The position numbers were made by a program, and so were the translations under genes. A stretch of DNA of 64,000 nucleotides from a virus: positions 7,610-71,609 of IMG/VR virus record IMGVR_UViG_3300036716_002035. The stretch is one strand, 5' to 3'. Positions 54,469-63,065 of this stretch are shown one piece after another. The notes below the pieces were generated by a model that was not told where the DNA came from, searched no databases, and worked only from the letters and a program-made list of their open reading frames with translations. Position 1 is the stretch's first letter; every line of letters starts with the position of its first letter.

Positions 54469-55485
54469 TTAAAAATCGTCTTCCAATGAACCGCTTTGTT
54501 GGTACTCTCTAACCCTGCGCTCAAAAAAATTAGTCATTGCTTGGGTGTCAACAACTTCACTTAGCCATGGAAATGGATTTGTATCAGATGGAAATCTATA
54601 GTCCAAGCCGATAGATTCTAGCCTTCTGTTTCCAATATAATGCATGTAATCTACAAACATATCTGCATTCAAACCTAGAATACCTGTAGGAAGAACATCT
54701 TTTGCATATGAAATTTCCAGCTCAACAGTCTTTTTCATGTGCTCGACAAATTCTTGCTGTATTTCTTCCGTCCAAATCTCAGGATTTTGTTCGGTAATGG
54801 TGTTAATTAAATAAATCCCAAACTTAATATGAATACTCTCATCCCTAAGAGTATATTTAATTTGGTCTGAAATTCCTTGAAGCTTATTTTGTCTACCTAA
54901 TGCAAGTAGCATTGCAAAGCCAGAGAAGAAAAACGTACCTTCGCACACTACATAATAAGTAAAAAGATTCTTTAAGAACTCTTTCTTCCCGCCCTCGTTA
55001 TCTGTAGAAAAATCATTACGAGTAAGGTCAGTAGTGATTTCCATCAAGAAATCATCTTTTGCTTTGATTGATGGGATGGTTTCATACGCACGGAAAACTT
55101 CATCTATATCTAGACTGAGGCTATCGCAAATATAAACTACAGTAAGGTTGTGCAAGCTCTCTTCAAAAGCTTGGCGCAAAATATATTGGCGACATTCTGG
55201 ATCTGTTACGTATTTAAAAGCAGAAAGCAATAAATTATTTCCAACCAATGATTCGCTTCCAGCAAAAAAACCTAAACATCTTTTAACTAAAAGCTTTTCA
55301 TCATCAGAAATTGTTCCGTTTTTCCACTGGTTGATATCTTCCTGCATTGAAATTTCTGTAGGCATCCAATTATTCGCGCACCCTTTCAGAAACAGGTCCC
55401 ATGCGAATTTATGTTTATGAGGGAGTATTCGGTTGACTCCAGCAATATCCTGACTAATTAAATTTCCTGTTTTTTCTTTACTCAT
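54469..55485 (-). CDS. nrdB: ribonucleotide reductase small subunit, class Ic (R2c)-like
   Basis: NNWMPTEI, GFFAGSESLV, RQAFEESLH, EGTFFFSGF, RDESIH, NFFERRV.EYQ; closely resembles Chlamydia-type NrdB. Confidence 0.93.
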   Translation of the reverse strand: MSKEKTGNLISQDIAGVNRILPHKHKFAWDLFLKGCANNWMPTEISMQEDINQWKNGTISDDEKLLVKRCLGFFAGSESLVGNNLLLSAFKYVTDPECRQYILRQAFEESLHNLTVVYICDSLSLDIDEVFRAYETIPSIKAKDDFLMEITTDLTRNDFSTDNEGGKKEFLKNLFTYYVVCEGTFFFSGFAMLLALGRQNKLQGISDQIKYTLRDESIHIKFGIYLINTITEQNPEIWTEEIQQEFVEHMKKTVELEISYAKDVLPTGILGLNADMFVDYMHYIGNRRLESIGLDYRFPSDTNPFPWLSEVVDTQAMTNFFERRVREYQQSGSLEDDF

Positions 55486-55491
55486 TTCAAT

Positions 55492-55520
55492 AGGATACAA
55501 AAAACCCAGGCCTAAGTCAA
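55492..55520 (-). promoter_or_regulatory. sigma70-like promoter of nrdB (leaderless geometry)
   Basis: TTGACT-17nt-TATCCT-6nt-ATG(55485); the -35 box contains the TGA stop of the upstream gene. Confidence 0.75.
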
Positions 55521-55957
55521 GAAACTTCTTGCTGCGGATAGGTTATGATAGTGTTCTCGTCAAAAGAAATTAAAGACCCATAAAACGTAACTTTTTTCAA
55601 CGCGGACTGAACTTTTAGAACGCCTTCTGCCTCAAACCCATCTTCTGAAAGAAAAACAAAACAATGAAGTCTCATTAACTTGTTTTGAAGGGAGGAAAAA
55701 ATAGAACCTACCTCTACACCCTTTTTTAGATCTATAATAAAAAGAGCGGGGGAATTGAGGGCGTCTATTAAGTCTAAAATTTGGTCTAATGTATTGGCGT
55801 CATTAGTTTTTATATCTCTCTTGGGGCCTTTAGATTTGATACCATCAAGGAGGTGGGGGTTTATAATTGTATAGTCTTTTTTGGAAGCGCCAAAGAACTC
55901 CATAAGCTCTAGGTATTTATTCCAAGCAGTACAATACGCCTGTCTTGATAAACTCAT
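55517..55957 (-). CDS. hypothetical protein
   Basis: Coupled to the ClpP-like gene by ATGA overlap. Confidence 0.65.
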   Translation of the reverse strand: MSLSRQAYCTAWNKYLELMEFFGASKKDYTIINPHLLDGIKSKGPKRDIKTNDANTLDQILDLIDALNSPALFIIDLKKGVEVGSIFSSLQNKLMRLHCFVFLSEDGFEAEGVLKVQSALKKVTFYGSLISFDENTIITYPQQEVS

Positions 55958-56649
55958 AGCTCCCCTTTAATTTCATCAATAAGACCTAAGCTTAAGGCTT
56001 CGTCCGAAGAAATCCACCAGTCCTTCCTGTCCCAATTTCTCTTGATTTTTGTTCTAGTAAGGTCTGACCTTTTCTCAAAGATGTCAAGGATTCTATCTTC
56101 GATTCTTTTGATCCATGCCACTTCATCTTCAATTTCAAATGTTTTTCCAATAGCTCCAAAAGCCGCGCGATGAATCATCATCCAGGCCTGATGCCCCATC
56201 CATCGATCGTCTCCCGCCTGAAGAAGTACGCCAGCCATTGACGCAGCCATCCCTAAAGAACCCGTGGTGACTTTGTGCCCGCGCGCCCGCAGCTCTTGGA
56301 TAAAATCAAAAAGAATAAAGCCATCAACAATGCTTCCACCTCCTGAAGAAAAAACTATTTCAATATTACAATTAGGATGTCTTCGTGACCATTGTGTTAG
56401 TTTGTACATGCATTCATAAACATGGCTCTTGTCTACTACGGTATTAAATCTATAAAGCATGTGCTCATTATCTGACGCAGCCCTCCTTCTTTGGTCCTGT
56501 TCTTTTTTCTCAAGATCTAATTTTCTTAAGCCAGCGTAGTATTCTGCAGCCAGGGCGTCTGCCGTGATTTTTCTAGTTTCTGCTTCTAGCTTCTTAGTCT
56601 CTGCGACAATTTGATCAATCTCTTCTTGGATCTTTTTTCTTTCGGGCAT
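55954..56649 (-). CDS. clpP: ClpP-like serine protease with N-terminal coiled-coil extension
   Basis: SSGGGSIVDG, GMAASMA (Ser), MIH (His), RKDWWIS.DEA...GLID (Asp). Confidence 0.88.
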   Translation of the reverse strand: MPERKKIQEEIDQIVAETKKLEAETRKITADALAAEYYAGLRKLDLEKKEQDQRRRAASDNEHMLYRFNTVVDKSHVYECMYKLTQWSRRHPNCNIEIVFSSGGGSIVDGFILFDFIQELRARGHKVTTGSLGMAASMAGVLLQAGDDRWMGHQAWMMIHRAAFGAIGKTFEIEDEVAWIKRIEDRILDIFEKRSDLTRTKIKRNWDRKDWWISSDEALSLGLIDEIKGEL

Positions 56650-56713
56650 ATAGTATATTATTGATCAGAACTCTTTTTTAAATAAAAAAAGTTGCACAAG
56701 TGTATATTGAAAT

Positions 56714-57025
56714 GTGATCGTATCTATTAGTGCTATATTGTCTGAGCCGCCAAGCAGCACCTCGTGCTTTAGAGATGTGACATTGTTTTCAAATTGTATG
56801 TTAAAAAACGAAAACGTGCTAGAATGCCCAATAGACCTACAAGATATATATTGGAAATGGCTTAAGCAACATGGGGCGTGGGATTTTATAGAAGAAATCG
56901 TAGAACCTTATTACCCGTCTAATATATCCATTAGGGATAAGAAAGGGTCAATCACGATTGATCGTATTGGGTATGTTAATTTAAATGATATTTTTTCTCA
57001 GTTAAAAAAGTACTCAATTAAATAA
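56714..57025 (+). CDS. hypothetical protein
   Basis: 103-aa ORF convergent with 57026; GTGTA motif 9 nt upstream. Confidence 0.65.
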   Translation: MIVSISAILSEPPSSTSCFRDVTLFSNCMLKNENVLECPIDLQDIYWKWLKQHGAWDFIEEIVEPYYPSNISIRDKKGSITIDRIGYVNLNDIFSQLKKYSIK

Positions 57026-58366
57026 TTAAGGTGCTGTAGTAGTTGTTATTTCTACTCCTTGTCCAGCAAATGGGCTACATAGAGACCAAAATACCTGCCC
57101 ATTATAAGGAGCGGTAGTAAATGGAATATCTGTATCGGATGGGTATGGCGTAGGTATTCCAGGCGGTACGCTGCCGACTGAGAATGTTGTTAAGTGATCA
57201 ATTAAACACACATATAGATAACTGCCATAAACTATACAATCTCCAGGCTGATACCACATGTCGTTAGACCAATAATAAGGACCAATGGCGCCACCGCCAA
57301 TCGAACTACACTGCGCGCATTTCGACCATGGCGCTCCCTGATTTTCACATTCAGCACACGGGCCTGGAGTGGTAGTGGGGCCTGCGGTAGTTGTCGGGGG
57401 AGCGGTTGTGCAAGCAGTCTCGCAATTAACTATCTCCCAATCCGAAGACGACGCAGAGGGCTCTTCATCTGTAGTAAATTTGAGGGCGTCACCTATCTCA
57501 AATTCCCAGTCAGCCGTGCAAGCATGATAGGTCCCGTCGATACAATGCTTGACTTTATCAAATTTGGCATAAGTCCCAGCCGACCACAAGGGTAAAGTGT
57601 TTAATTCGGAGCATGGATTTGGAGTGGTAGTGGGGGCTGCGGTAGTTGTGGGGGGAGCGGTTGTGGGGACAAATGTACCGCAGTGCTCCCAGTAAGCGTT
57701 TGTGTTTAGCCCATTTGAGGTTGGGGGGAGGTCGGCTTGAATGCAATAACGACCTCCAGTATCTTCCCCTAAGAAAGTGCCGCAGCCAGTACGGCGAAAA
57801 ACCCTCCAGACCCCAAAGCTGTCCTCATAACTATACATCTTGTCTATATAAAATTTAGGATTGGCATCAGCCCAAGGCGTGGCCGCATTTACACATCCCT
57901 CGCTTGCATGGGATGTATACGCCTTCTCTCCGCTGCAATCACAGGGGTCAACAGTAGTGGTGGTAGTGCCTCCTGGAGCAGATGTAGTGGTGGTGCCTCC
58001 TGGAGCAGATGTAGTGGTGGTGCCTCCTGGAGCAGATGTAGTAGTAGTGGCGCTGGGGTCCCCAGCAAATGGGTCCATTGTAGTGCTGGTGGTGGGGGCA
58101 GCTGTAGTGCTAGTAGGCATGGCAGTGCTCTCGGGAGGATCGGTGCTCTCGGGAGGATCAGTGCTAAACGCTGAAGATGTAGTTGTGGTAGGTAAATCAC
58201 AGATGCAATCACAAGATTCTCCGCTAGACCAATTAGGGTCAGCGGTAGAAAGATTGTATTCACTCATGCTTGCGAACTGAGTGGAGGGCTGAATCTGCGT
58301 ATAGCATATGCCACCCACAGTTATAACACAAGGGTTTGGCCCAATACCTTTGAAGAACTTACTCAC
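57026..58366 (-). CDS. Thr/Pro-rich mucin-like, Cys-rich protein with CBM5/12-like modules
   Basis: TTTTSAPGG repeats and TTAAPTTT linkers separating Cys-rich modules (LWSAGTYAKFDKVKH..., YWSNDMWYQPGDCIVYGSYLYVCL...). Confidence 0.8.
   Translation of the reverse strand: MSKFFKGIGPNPCVITVGGICYTQIQPSTQFASMSEYNLSTADPNWSSGESCDCICDLPTTTTSSAFSTDPPESTDPPESTAMPTSTTAAPTTSTTMDPFAGDPSATTTTSAPGGTTTTSAPGGTTTTSAPGGTTTTTVDPCDCSGEKAYTSHASEGCVNAATPWADANPKFYIDKMYSYEDSFGVWRVFRRTGCGTFLGEDTGGRYCIQADLPPTSNGLNTNAYWEHCGTFVPTTAPPTTTAAPTTTPNPCSELNTLPLWSAGTYAKFDKVKHCIDGTYHACTADWEFEIGDALKFTTDEEPSASSSDWEIVNCETACTTAPPTTTAGPTTTPGPCAECENQGAPWSKCAQCSSIGGGAIGPYYWSNDMWYQPGDCIVYGSYLYVCLIDHLTTFSVGSVPPGIPTPYPSDTDIPFTTAPYNGQVFWSLCSPFAGQGVEITTTTAP
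57966..58046. repeat. 27-nt tandem repeat x3 (encodes TTTTSAPGG)
   Basis: gtgcctcctggagcagatgtagtggtg repeated three times. Confidence 0.9.
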
Positions 58367-58390
58367 GCATTATGTTACACGTTTTTTAGC

Positions 58391-60424
58391 TTAAGGGGCA
58401 GCACTAGTTGTCGTAGGGGCAGCACTAGTTGTCGTAGGGGCAGCACTAGTTGTCGTAGGGGCAGCACTAGTTGTCGTAGGGGCAGCACTAGTTGTCGTAG
58501 GGGTAGAACTAGTTGTTGTAGGGGTAGAACTAGTTGTTGTAGGGGTGGAACTGGTTGTTGTAGGGGTAGAACTAGTTGTTGTAGGGGTGGAACTGGTTGT
58601 TGTAGGGGTAGAACAACTTACAAAATCCAAGTCAAAAGAAGACCCGCTTAAAGACCAAATAACATCGTCAGGACAATAGCCCCTTTGGGTTTCAGAACAC
58701 TGAGCAACATATTTGCTAGCGCGCGGAGCAGTTGGGTGCTGGCTTAAATCAAAAAGCCTCCAGAATTCATAACCACATGGATTACTATCCCCGTCGGGTA
58801 CGTAAAAATTAGAAGCAAAGAATTTGCCAGTATCGTCAACCTTAGCCCATATCTCGTCTTTAGTTGGGCTTCTCCAATAGTTATACATAACAGCTTCTCC
58901 AGACTCGGAACTATAAACTCCAGTATACTCGGTCTCATATATAGAAGGGCTATCAAAAACTAATTCTAAACATGGATAGCATGACTCTTCTGGGCAAGGA
59001 GTACTACTGGTTGTAGAGGTTGCTGAGCTAGTTGTGGTGACGGGCCCTGATGTGGTGGTTACTGGCGGGGATGCGGTAGTAGTGACGGGTCCTGATGTGG
59101 TGGTTGCTGGGGCTGGGGTCGTTGGCGGGGATGCGGTAGTAGTGACGGGCCCTGATGTGGTAGTAGGTGGAGATGGAGTAGTAGAGGGGGAGCAATCTTC
59201 GGCAGCATATACACAGGGAGGTAACGAATCAATACATTCGGCACAAGCGCCATCGGCGGCATCATAAATAATATGAGGTTTGTACCCAAACCAATGAAGT
59301 GGGCCGCATGGTTCGCTTTGTCCAGATATGCCATAATTCATTTCTGATAACCTCTCCTTTTTGGATATAGTATAATCTACATCCCCCGCAAAACGCTCAA
59401 CATGAACCGTGGATATAAGATCTTCTAATCTATAACGACTGTATGTATAATCATGTTGACTGATTTGTTGGGCACTCTCAAACCTTAAGCAGCATTTGTA
59501 GCTAGTCTCGGCGATTTCTTGTAGATATTCTGCAGACTCGCCACCCCCATACAAAGAGTCGTGCATCAACCAATCTCCCGTACTCATAGAAATACATCCT
59601 ATGTTTTCTTCTGAAGCGGGATTAGGAACATAACCTATTCGCAAATCAAGAGGAAGCCCAATCCCTGTATCACAACATATGGTGCCGCTAGAATTATGTC
59701 TTGCATCTGCCTTGAGAACTTCTGGTTCCTCATCATATTCAAGCCACTGAGCTTTATAGCATTCTGAACCATAACCCTCATTCCTATGAGCCGCTCTGAT
59801 AGCATAATCTCCAGTCTTCCACCAGTGACAACTCGCCATGGTCGGGGCCAACTTAATTACAGCAGCCCTATCAATAATCCAATCATGCCAAGTTGACCAA
59901 GATGCTGGTTCATCTGACTCGGATAAATTAGAATAAGGAATGTGACATTTTAACCATAACACAGCTTCATCTAAACGTCCATTTGAGTAGCAAGTTCCTA
60001 AACTGCTATACTTAACCTGTAAATAGACCCCTCCTTCGCAGGCGAGATCTGATGAGGCCATATTACTGAAGTCTGGATACCCGAACTTAGAAAGCTGTTC
60101 TGCAGAATTATTGAGTTCAGTTACTACAGCGCTAGTATAACTGATGTTTGGGTCCCATACATGCTGAACGATGTCGCCATCGACTACTCGAGAGTTGATT
60201 TTTGCGTCTTGTCCGTCGACCTGGGGCCCAGTCCATAAATCTACTCCGTAAAACAGATTTCCAGCAGAATCATTCCAGCTAATATTAGTAGGGGAAGCCT
60301 CGGTCCCCGCACCCGCCAAGCTCAAAGAGACGCATTGACCAGAAACATTAGCTGTTATCGGGGGGATCCCTCCAGCCCCAGTAATTGCTGCAGGAATATC
60401 GATATCGTATCCATTGACTATCAT
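58391..60424 (-). CDS. large Cys-containing protein with mucin-like Thr/Ser/Pro tracts
   Basis: 677 aa; internal TTTSGPVTTTASPP tract and C-terminal (TTTSSTP)5(TTTSAAP)5. Confidence 0.8.
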   Translation of the reverse strand: MIVNGYDIDIPAAITGAGGIPPITANVSGQCVSLSLAGAGTEASPTNISWNDSAGNLFYGVDLWTGPQVDGQDAKINSRVVDGDIVQHVWDPNISYTSAVVTELNNSAEQLSKFGYPDFSNMASSDLACEGGVYLQVKYSSLGTCYSNGRLDEAVLWLKCHIPYSNLSESDEPASWSTWHDWIIDRAAVIKLAPTMASCHWWKTGDYAIRAAHRNEGYGSECYKAQWLEYDEEPEVLKADARHNSSGTICCDTGIGLPLDLRIGYVPNPASEENIGCISMSTGDWLMHDSLYGGGESAEYLQEIAETSYKCCLRFESAQQISQHDYTYSRYRLEDLISTVHVERFAGDVDYTISKKERLSEMNYGISGQSEPCGPLHWFGYKPHIIYDAADGACAECIDSLPPCVYAAEDCSPSTTPSPPTTTSGPVTTTASPPTTPAPATTTSGPVTTTASPPVTTTSGPVTTTSSATSTTSSTPCPEESCYPCLELVFDSPSIYETEYTGVYSSESGEAVMYNYWRSPTKDEIWAKVDDTGKFFASNFYVPDGDSNPCGYEFWRLFDLSQHPTAPRASKYVAQCSETQRGYCPDDVIWSLSGSSFDLDFVSCSTPTTTSSTPTTTSSTPTTTSSTPTTTSSTPTTTSSTPTTTSAAPTTTSAAPTTTSAAPTTTSAAPTTTSAAP
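58394..58603. repeat. 21-nt tandem repeat x10 (TTTSSTP x5, TTTSAAP x5)
   Basis: aggggcagcactagttgtcgt x5 followed by aggggt(a/g)gaact(a/g)gttgttgt x5. Confidence 0.92.
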
Positions 60425-60426
60425 AA

Positions 60427-60711
60427 TTAAGGCGAAGGGGTTGTGCTTGTTTCTAAGTCATAAAGAAACGTCCAGTTTTGGCCACATATTCTGCAATGAG
60501 TCCAATAAAGAACTGCGTCCTCAGACTGTGGACTGTTCCCTACGGAGGAAGTGTGGGGTTGTGTACAATAATATGTAGATATATTTGTGCCGTCCGAAGA
60601 TAATACACAATCATCCTCCGCGTAAGATACGCCATCCCCCCAGATTAAAGTGCTTCCTGGCGAGCAAGAGCATTGTGTGCACGGTTTACATCCGCAATTT
60701 CCTAAAGGCAT
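60427..60711 (-). CDS. small Cys-rich CBM5/12-like protein
   Basis: CGCKPCTQCSC, then IWGDGVSYAEDDCV...YYCTQPHTS...YWT; ends STTPSP; GTGTA motif upstream. Confidence 0.7.
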   Translation of the reverse strand: MPLGNCGCKPCTQCSCSPGSTLIWGDGVSYAEDDCVLSSDGTNISTYYCTQPHTSSVGNSPQSEDAVLYWTHCRICGQNWTFLYDLETSTTPSP

Positions 60712-60797
60712 GTTATATTTACACTAAATAAAACTATTTTGCCCTTATGTCTCGTCCACTATAAATAGCGGGCTTCTTTTTTTTTTTTTTTTAATGT

Positions 60798-61230
60798 TGG
60801 AGGCGGCGGGAGTCGAACCCGCGTGTTGATCATCTTCAAATTTACGCTTCTACAAGCTTAGTTGATATTTTTTATAGTTTAGATATCAACATCCAACTTC
60901 TTGTTTCATTTATTTGTCTCCGAATACTCAGTGAGCTACAGTTTGTGGTACAAGTAAACTATTTCTGCTTTTGCAGATGTCGGCCTCGCATTCTATTATC
61001 TGCGTCCTAGGTGCAAGGGGTAGCTTATGCTACGGCAGTCAGCTGACGAGCAACGCTCTTGCGAGCAACAACCTTACGGGTTGCAACCCTCTTAGAAGGG
61101 TTGAAGCGGTCAAGCAGACCATTTACAAGTTTAGATTTGGCACTTATATAAGCCTTGGGCTTTTTAAGGAGCCAGCCCACTCCTGCTTGCGACGCAAAAA
61201 TCCAATATCAGTCGAATCCAGTGCGCCCCC
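60798..61230 (-). ncRNA. ssrA: tmRNA
   Basis: 5' GGGGGCG...GGATTCGAC; 3' GCGGGTTCGACTCCCGC-CGCCTCC-A with G3:U70 Ala identity pair; pk1 (GGAG/CTCC, TGGGC/GCCCA); resume context ATAAGT-GCC; tag ORF at 61141-61025; CCA not encoded (ends ACA). Confidence 0.95.
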
Positions 61231-61248
61231 ATATCAAATAACTATATA

Positions 61249-61278
61249 CTATATATCACTACAGCGAGATAATGTCAA
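61249..61278 (-). promoter_or_regulatory. sigma70-like promoter for tmRNA
   Basis: TTGACA (61278-61273), 17 nt, then TATATA/TATAGT upstream of the tmRNA 5' end. Confidence 0.6.
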
Positions 61279-61465
61279 AACTTTTCTATTTTATTTTTAA
61301 TACTGGAAACAATTTTCTTAAAATTAGACCTTCCTGTATTTGTGTTTTTCTTAACATGTCTGCGAAGAATATTTGTTATCCGCCTGTTTTGATTGGATAG
61401 TTTTTTAGATTGCTTTGCGAGGAGAAAAGCTTTACGGGATAAATGAAAAGCTATAATATTATTAT

Positions 61466-62671
61466 TTAACTTTTTTTTTTACCTTGTCTAGAGACTGCCA
61501 TCGCCGCAACAGCTTTCATTTTTTTCTCTATATTATTAAGTCTTTTCTCTGTTTTTTGATCGGCAGCAACAGGAGTAGATTTAACGGGGGCGGTGAGGAC
61601 TTCTTTTTTATTGGATAACGAATGTATGCTAGAAACTCCAGCTAAAACAAGGAGTACTGCTAGAGGGTCAAATACAAAAATTAAAACAATAATCACCATT
61701 CTTACGGCCTTATCCAGAGGAACAGCGCTTGAACCAAGGTCCTCAAAAAGCTTTGCTATGTACTTAACTGGGCCAACTTCCGCCTCTAACATTCTAACCT
61801 TTTCGTCGTAAGATAATTTTTCTACCTCCAACGAGCTAATACGTTCTACTGCGGAGTTTATTTCAGTATTGTATTTTTCTATTTCATCTTTTGCATCTTC
61901 GTGACCATCGCCCCTGTTTTGTTGAAAGGACGCAATTTTGGTAAGAGATTCTTTAATTTGGTCGTCAGATTTTTGGCGGTGAAGTTTGATTTGGGCTTCG
62001 ATATCAGTAATGCTTTTGTTCAAACCCTCTCTTTCTGGCAACTGAACTTCGTGTAGCTTTTTAAGCTTGTCTTTCTTGGCGGAGAAAAGGCCTCCAGATT
62101 GAGCCTCTATAGCTGCAACAGCATCATCCAACTCTTTTCGGCGATTAGATAATTGGTTAAGCCTTTCTTGCTCAAACGCTATATTACTGCTTAGCTGGGT
62201 ATTGAGTTGTTCAATTCTTTTTTCTTCCCTTTCAATATCTACTAGGTTTATATCTTTGGACGAAACTAAGCGCTTTTCCTCGTCTTGTATGTAACTTTCT
62301 TGGCGCTTAATAAACTGCTCTTCTCTAAGTATTTTTTCTTCAATCATTGATACAGAAGCCGACTCTTTGCTAGTAAGAAAATCATGCTCTATATGGGCTT
62401 TGGACAAAAAACCAAATATACCCATGCTCGTTATAAACATTAAAACAATAACCGCAGCGGTTAAGTAGTATTTGACAAGCTTGTTTGCGACCTTCCAGTT
62501 TAAATGTAGCCAGATTGCTGCTACAATTTTCCCGACTTCTAACACGACCCCCATTGCGACAACTGAAGTGGCCGCCCCAGGGAACATAGTCGCAAGCCCA
62601 AGTATGCTGAAGTATGCGCCAGTGCCAGAAATGCTAAGTGCGCAAATTAATACTAGCAAATAAAAAAACAT
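61466..62671 (-). CDS. membrane protein with long coiled coil (conserved in large phages)
   Basis: Three N-terminal TM helices (AYFSILGL, LEVGK, ITSMGIFGFLSKAH), long coiled coil, EAEVGPVKYIA, IFVFDPLAV. Confidence 0.8.
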   Translation of the reverse strand: MFFYLLVLICALSISGTGAYFSILGLATMFPGAATSVVAMGVVLEVGKIVAAIWLHLNWKVANKLVKYYLTAAVIVLMFITSMGIFGFLSKAHIEHDFLTSKESASVSMIEEKILREEQFIKRQESYIQDEEKRLVSSKDINLVDIEREEKRIEQLNTQLSSNIAFEQERLNQLSNRRKELDDAVAAIEAQSGGLFSAKKDKLKKLHEVQLPEREGLNKSITDIEAQIKLHRQKSDDQIKESLTKIASFQQNRGDGHEDAKDEIEKYNTEINSAVERISSLEVEKLSYDEKVRMLEAEVGPVKYIAKLFEDLGSSAVPLDKAVRMVIIVLIFVFDPLAVLLVLAGVSSIHSLSNKKEVLTAPVKSTPVAADQKTEKRLNNIEKKMKAVAAMAVSRQGKKKS

Positions 62672-62685
62672 GAAGTTTAGTGGTA

Positions 62686-62901
62686 TTAGTTTTCGTAATA
62701 AGCTATCTGGCCTGCGGAATCAGGGTTAAAACTAGAGCAAGATATCGGAAAAGACAAGTTTAGCGGCCCGACTGTCCCGAGGCTTACTCCGTCTATCGTA
62801 AGTGCTGCGGATTTTAATATTGAAGTGATGAATATTTTTCTTCCCGAAGTTGCGGTAACTACGCTTGAGGAGGTATTGATTTTACTAGGTATTGTAGACA
62901 T
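62686..62901 (-). CDS. hypothetical protein
   Basis: ORF track; tandem arrangement. Confidence 0.6.
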   Translation of the reverse strand: MSTIPSKINTSSSVVTATSGRKIFITSILKSAALTIDGVSLGTVGPLNLSFPISCSSFNPDSAGQIAYYEN

Positions 62902-63048
62902 TTAATTGGCTTTCTTTTTATATTGAGTTAAACAAACAGCTATTCTCTGTTTTATATCTTTAAATTCGTTTTTCATGACCTTGTCGCTAATGCATCTATC
63001 CATAAACACATCTTTTTCTTCTGAGTCTTTTTTTATTGGAAGTGGCAT
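62902..63048 (-). CDS. small PBC-domain-like phage protein (not in ORF track)
   Basis: MPLPIKKDSEEKDVFMDRCISDKVMKNEFKDIKQRIAVCLTQY; GTGTA motif 9 nt upstream. Confidence 0.65.
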   Translation of the reverse strand: MPLPIKKDSEEKDVFMDRCISDKVMKNEFKDIKQRIAVCLTQYKKKAN

Positions 63049-63065
63049 TATATTAAATACACTTA

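Noticed and set aside
58394-58603. Tandem repeats as a possible CRISPR array
   Set aside because: The units are contiguous with no unique spacers, are in-frame multiples of 3 inside a CDS, and no cas genes are nearby. The same applies to 57966-58046 and 63732-64000.
60777-60792. Run of 16 T next to the tmRNA 3' end as a terminator or phase-variable tract
   Set aside because: On the tmRNA strand it reads as poly-A with no convincing preceding hairpin, and it is not in a CDS; its length may be a sequencing artefact.
60971-61300. 109-aa + strand ORF
   Set aside because: It is antisense to the tmRNA and has no GTGTA or other start signal.
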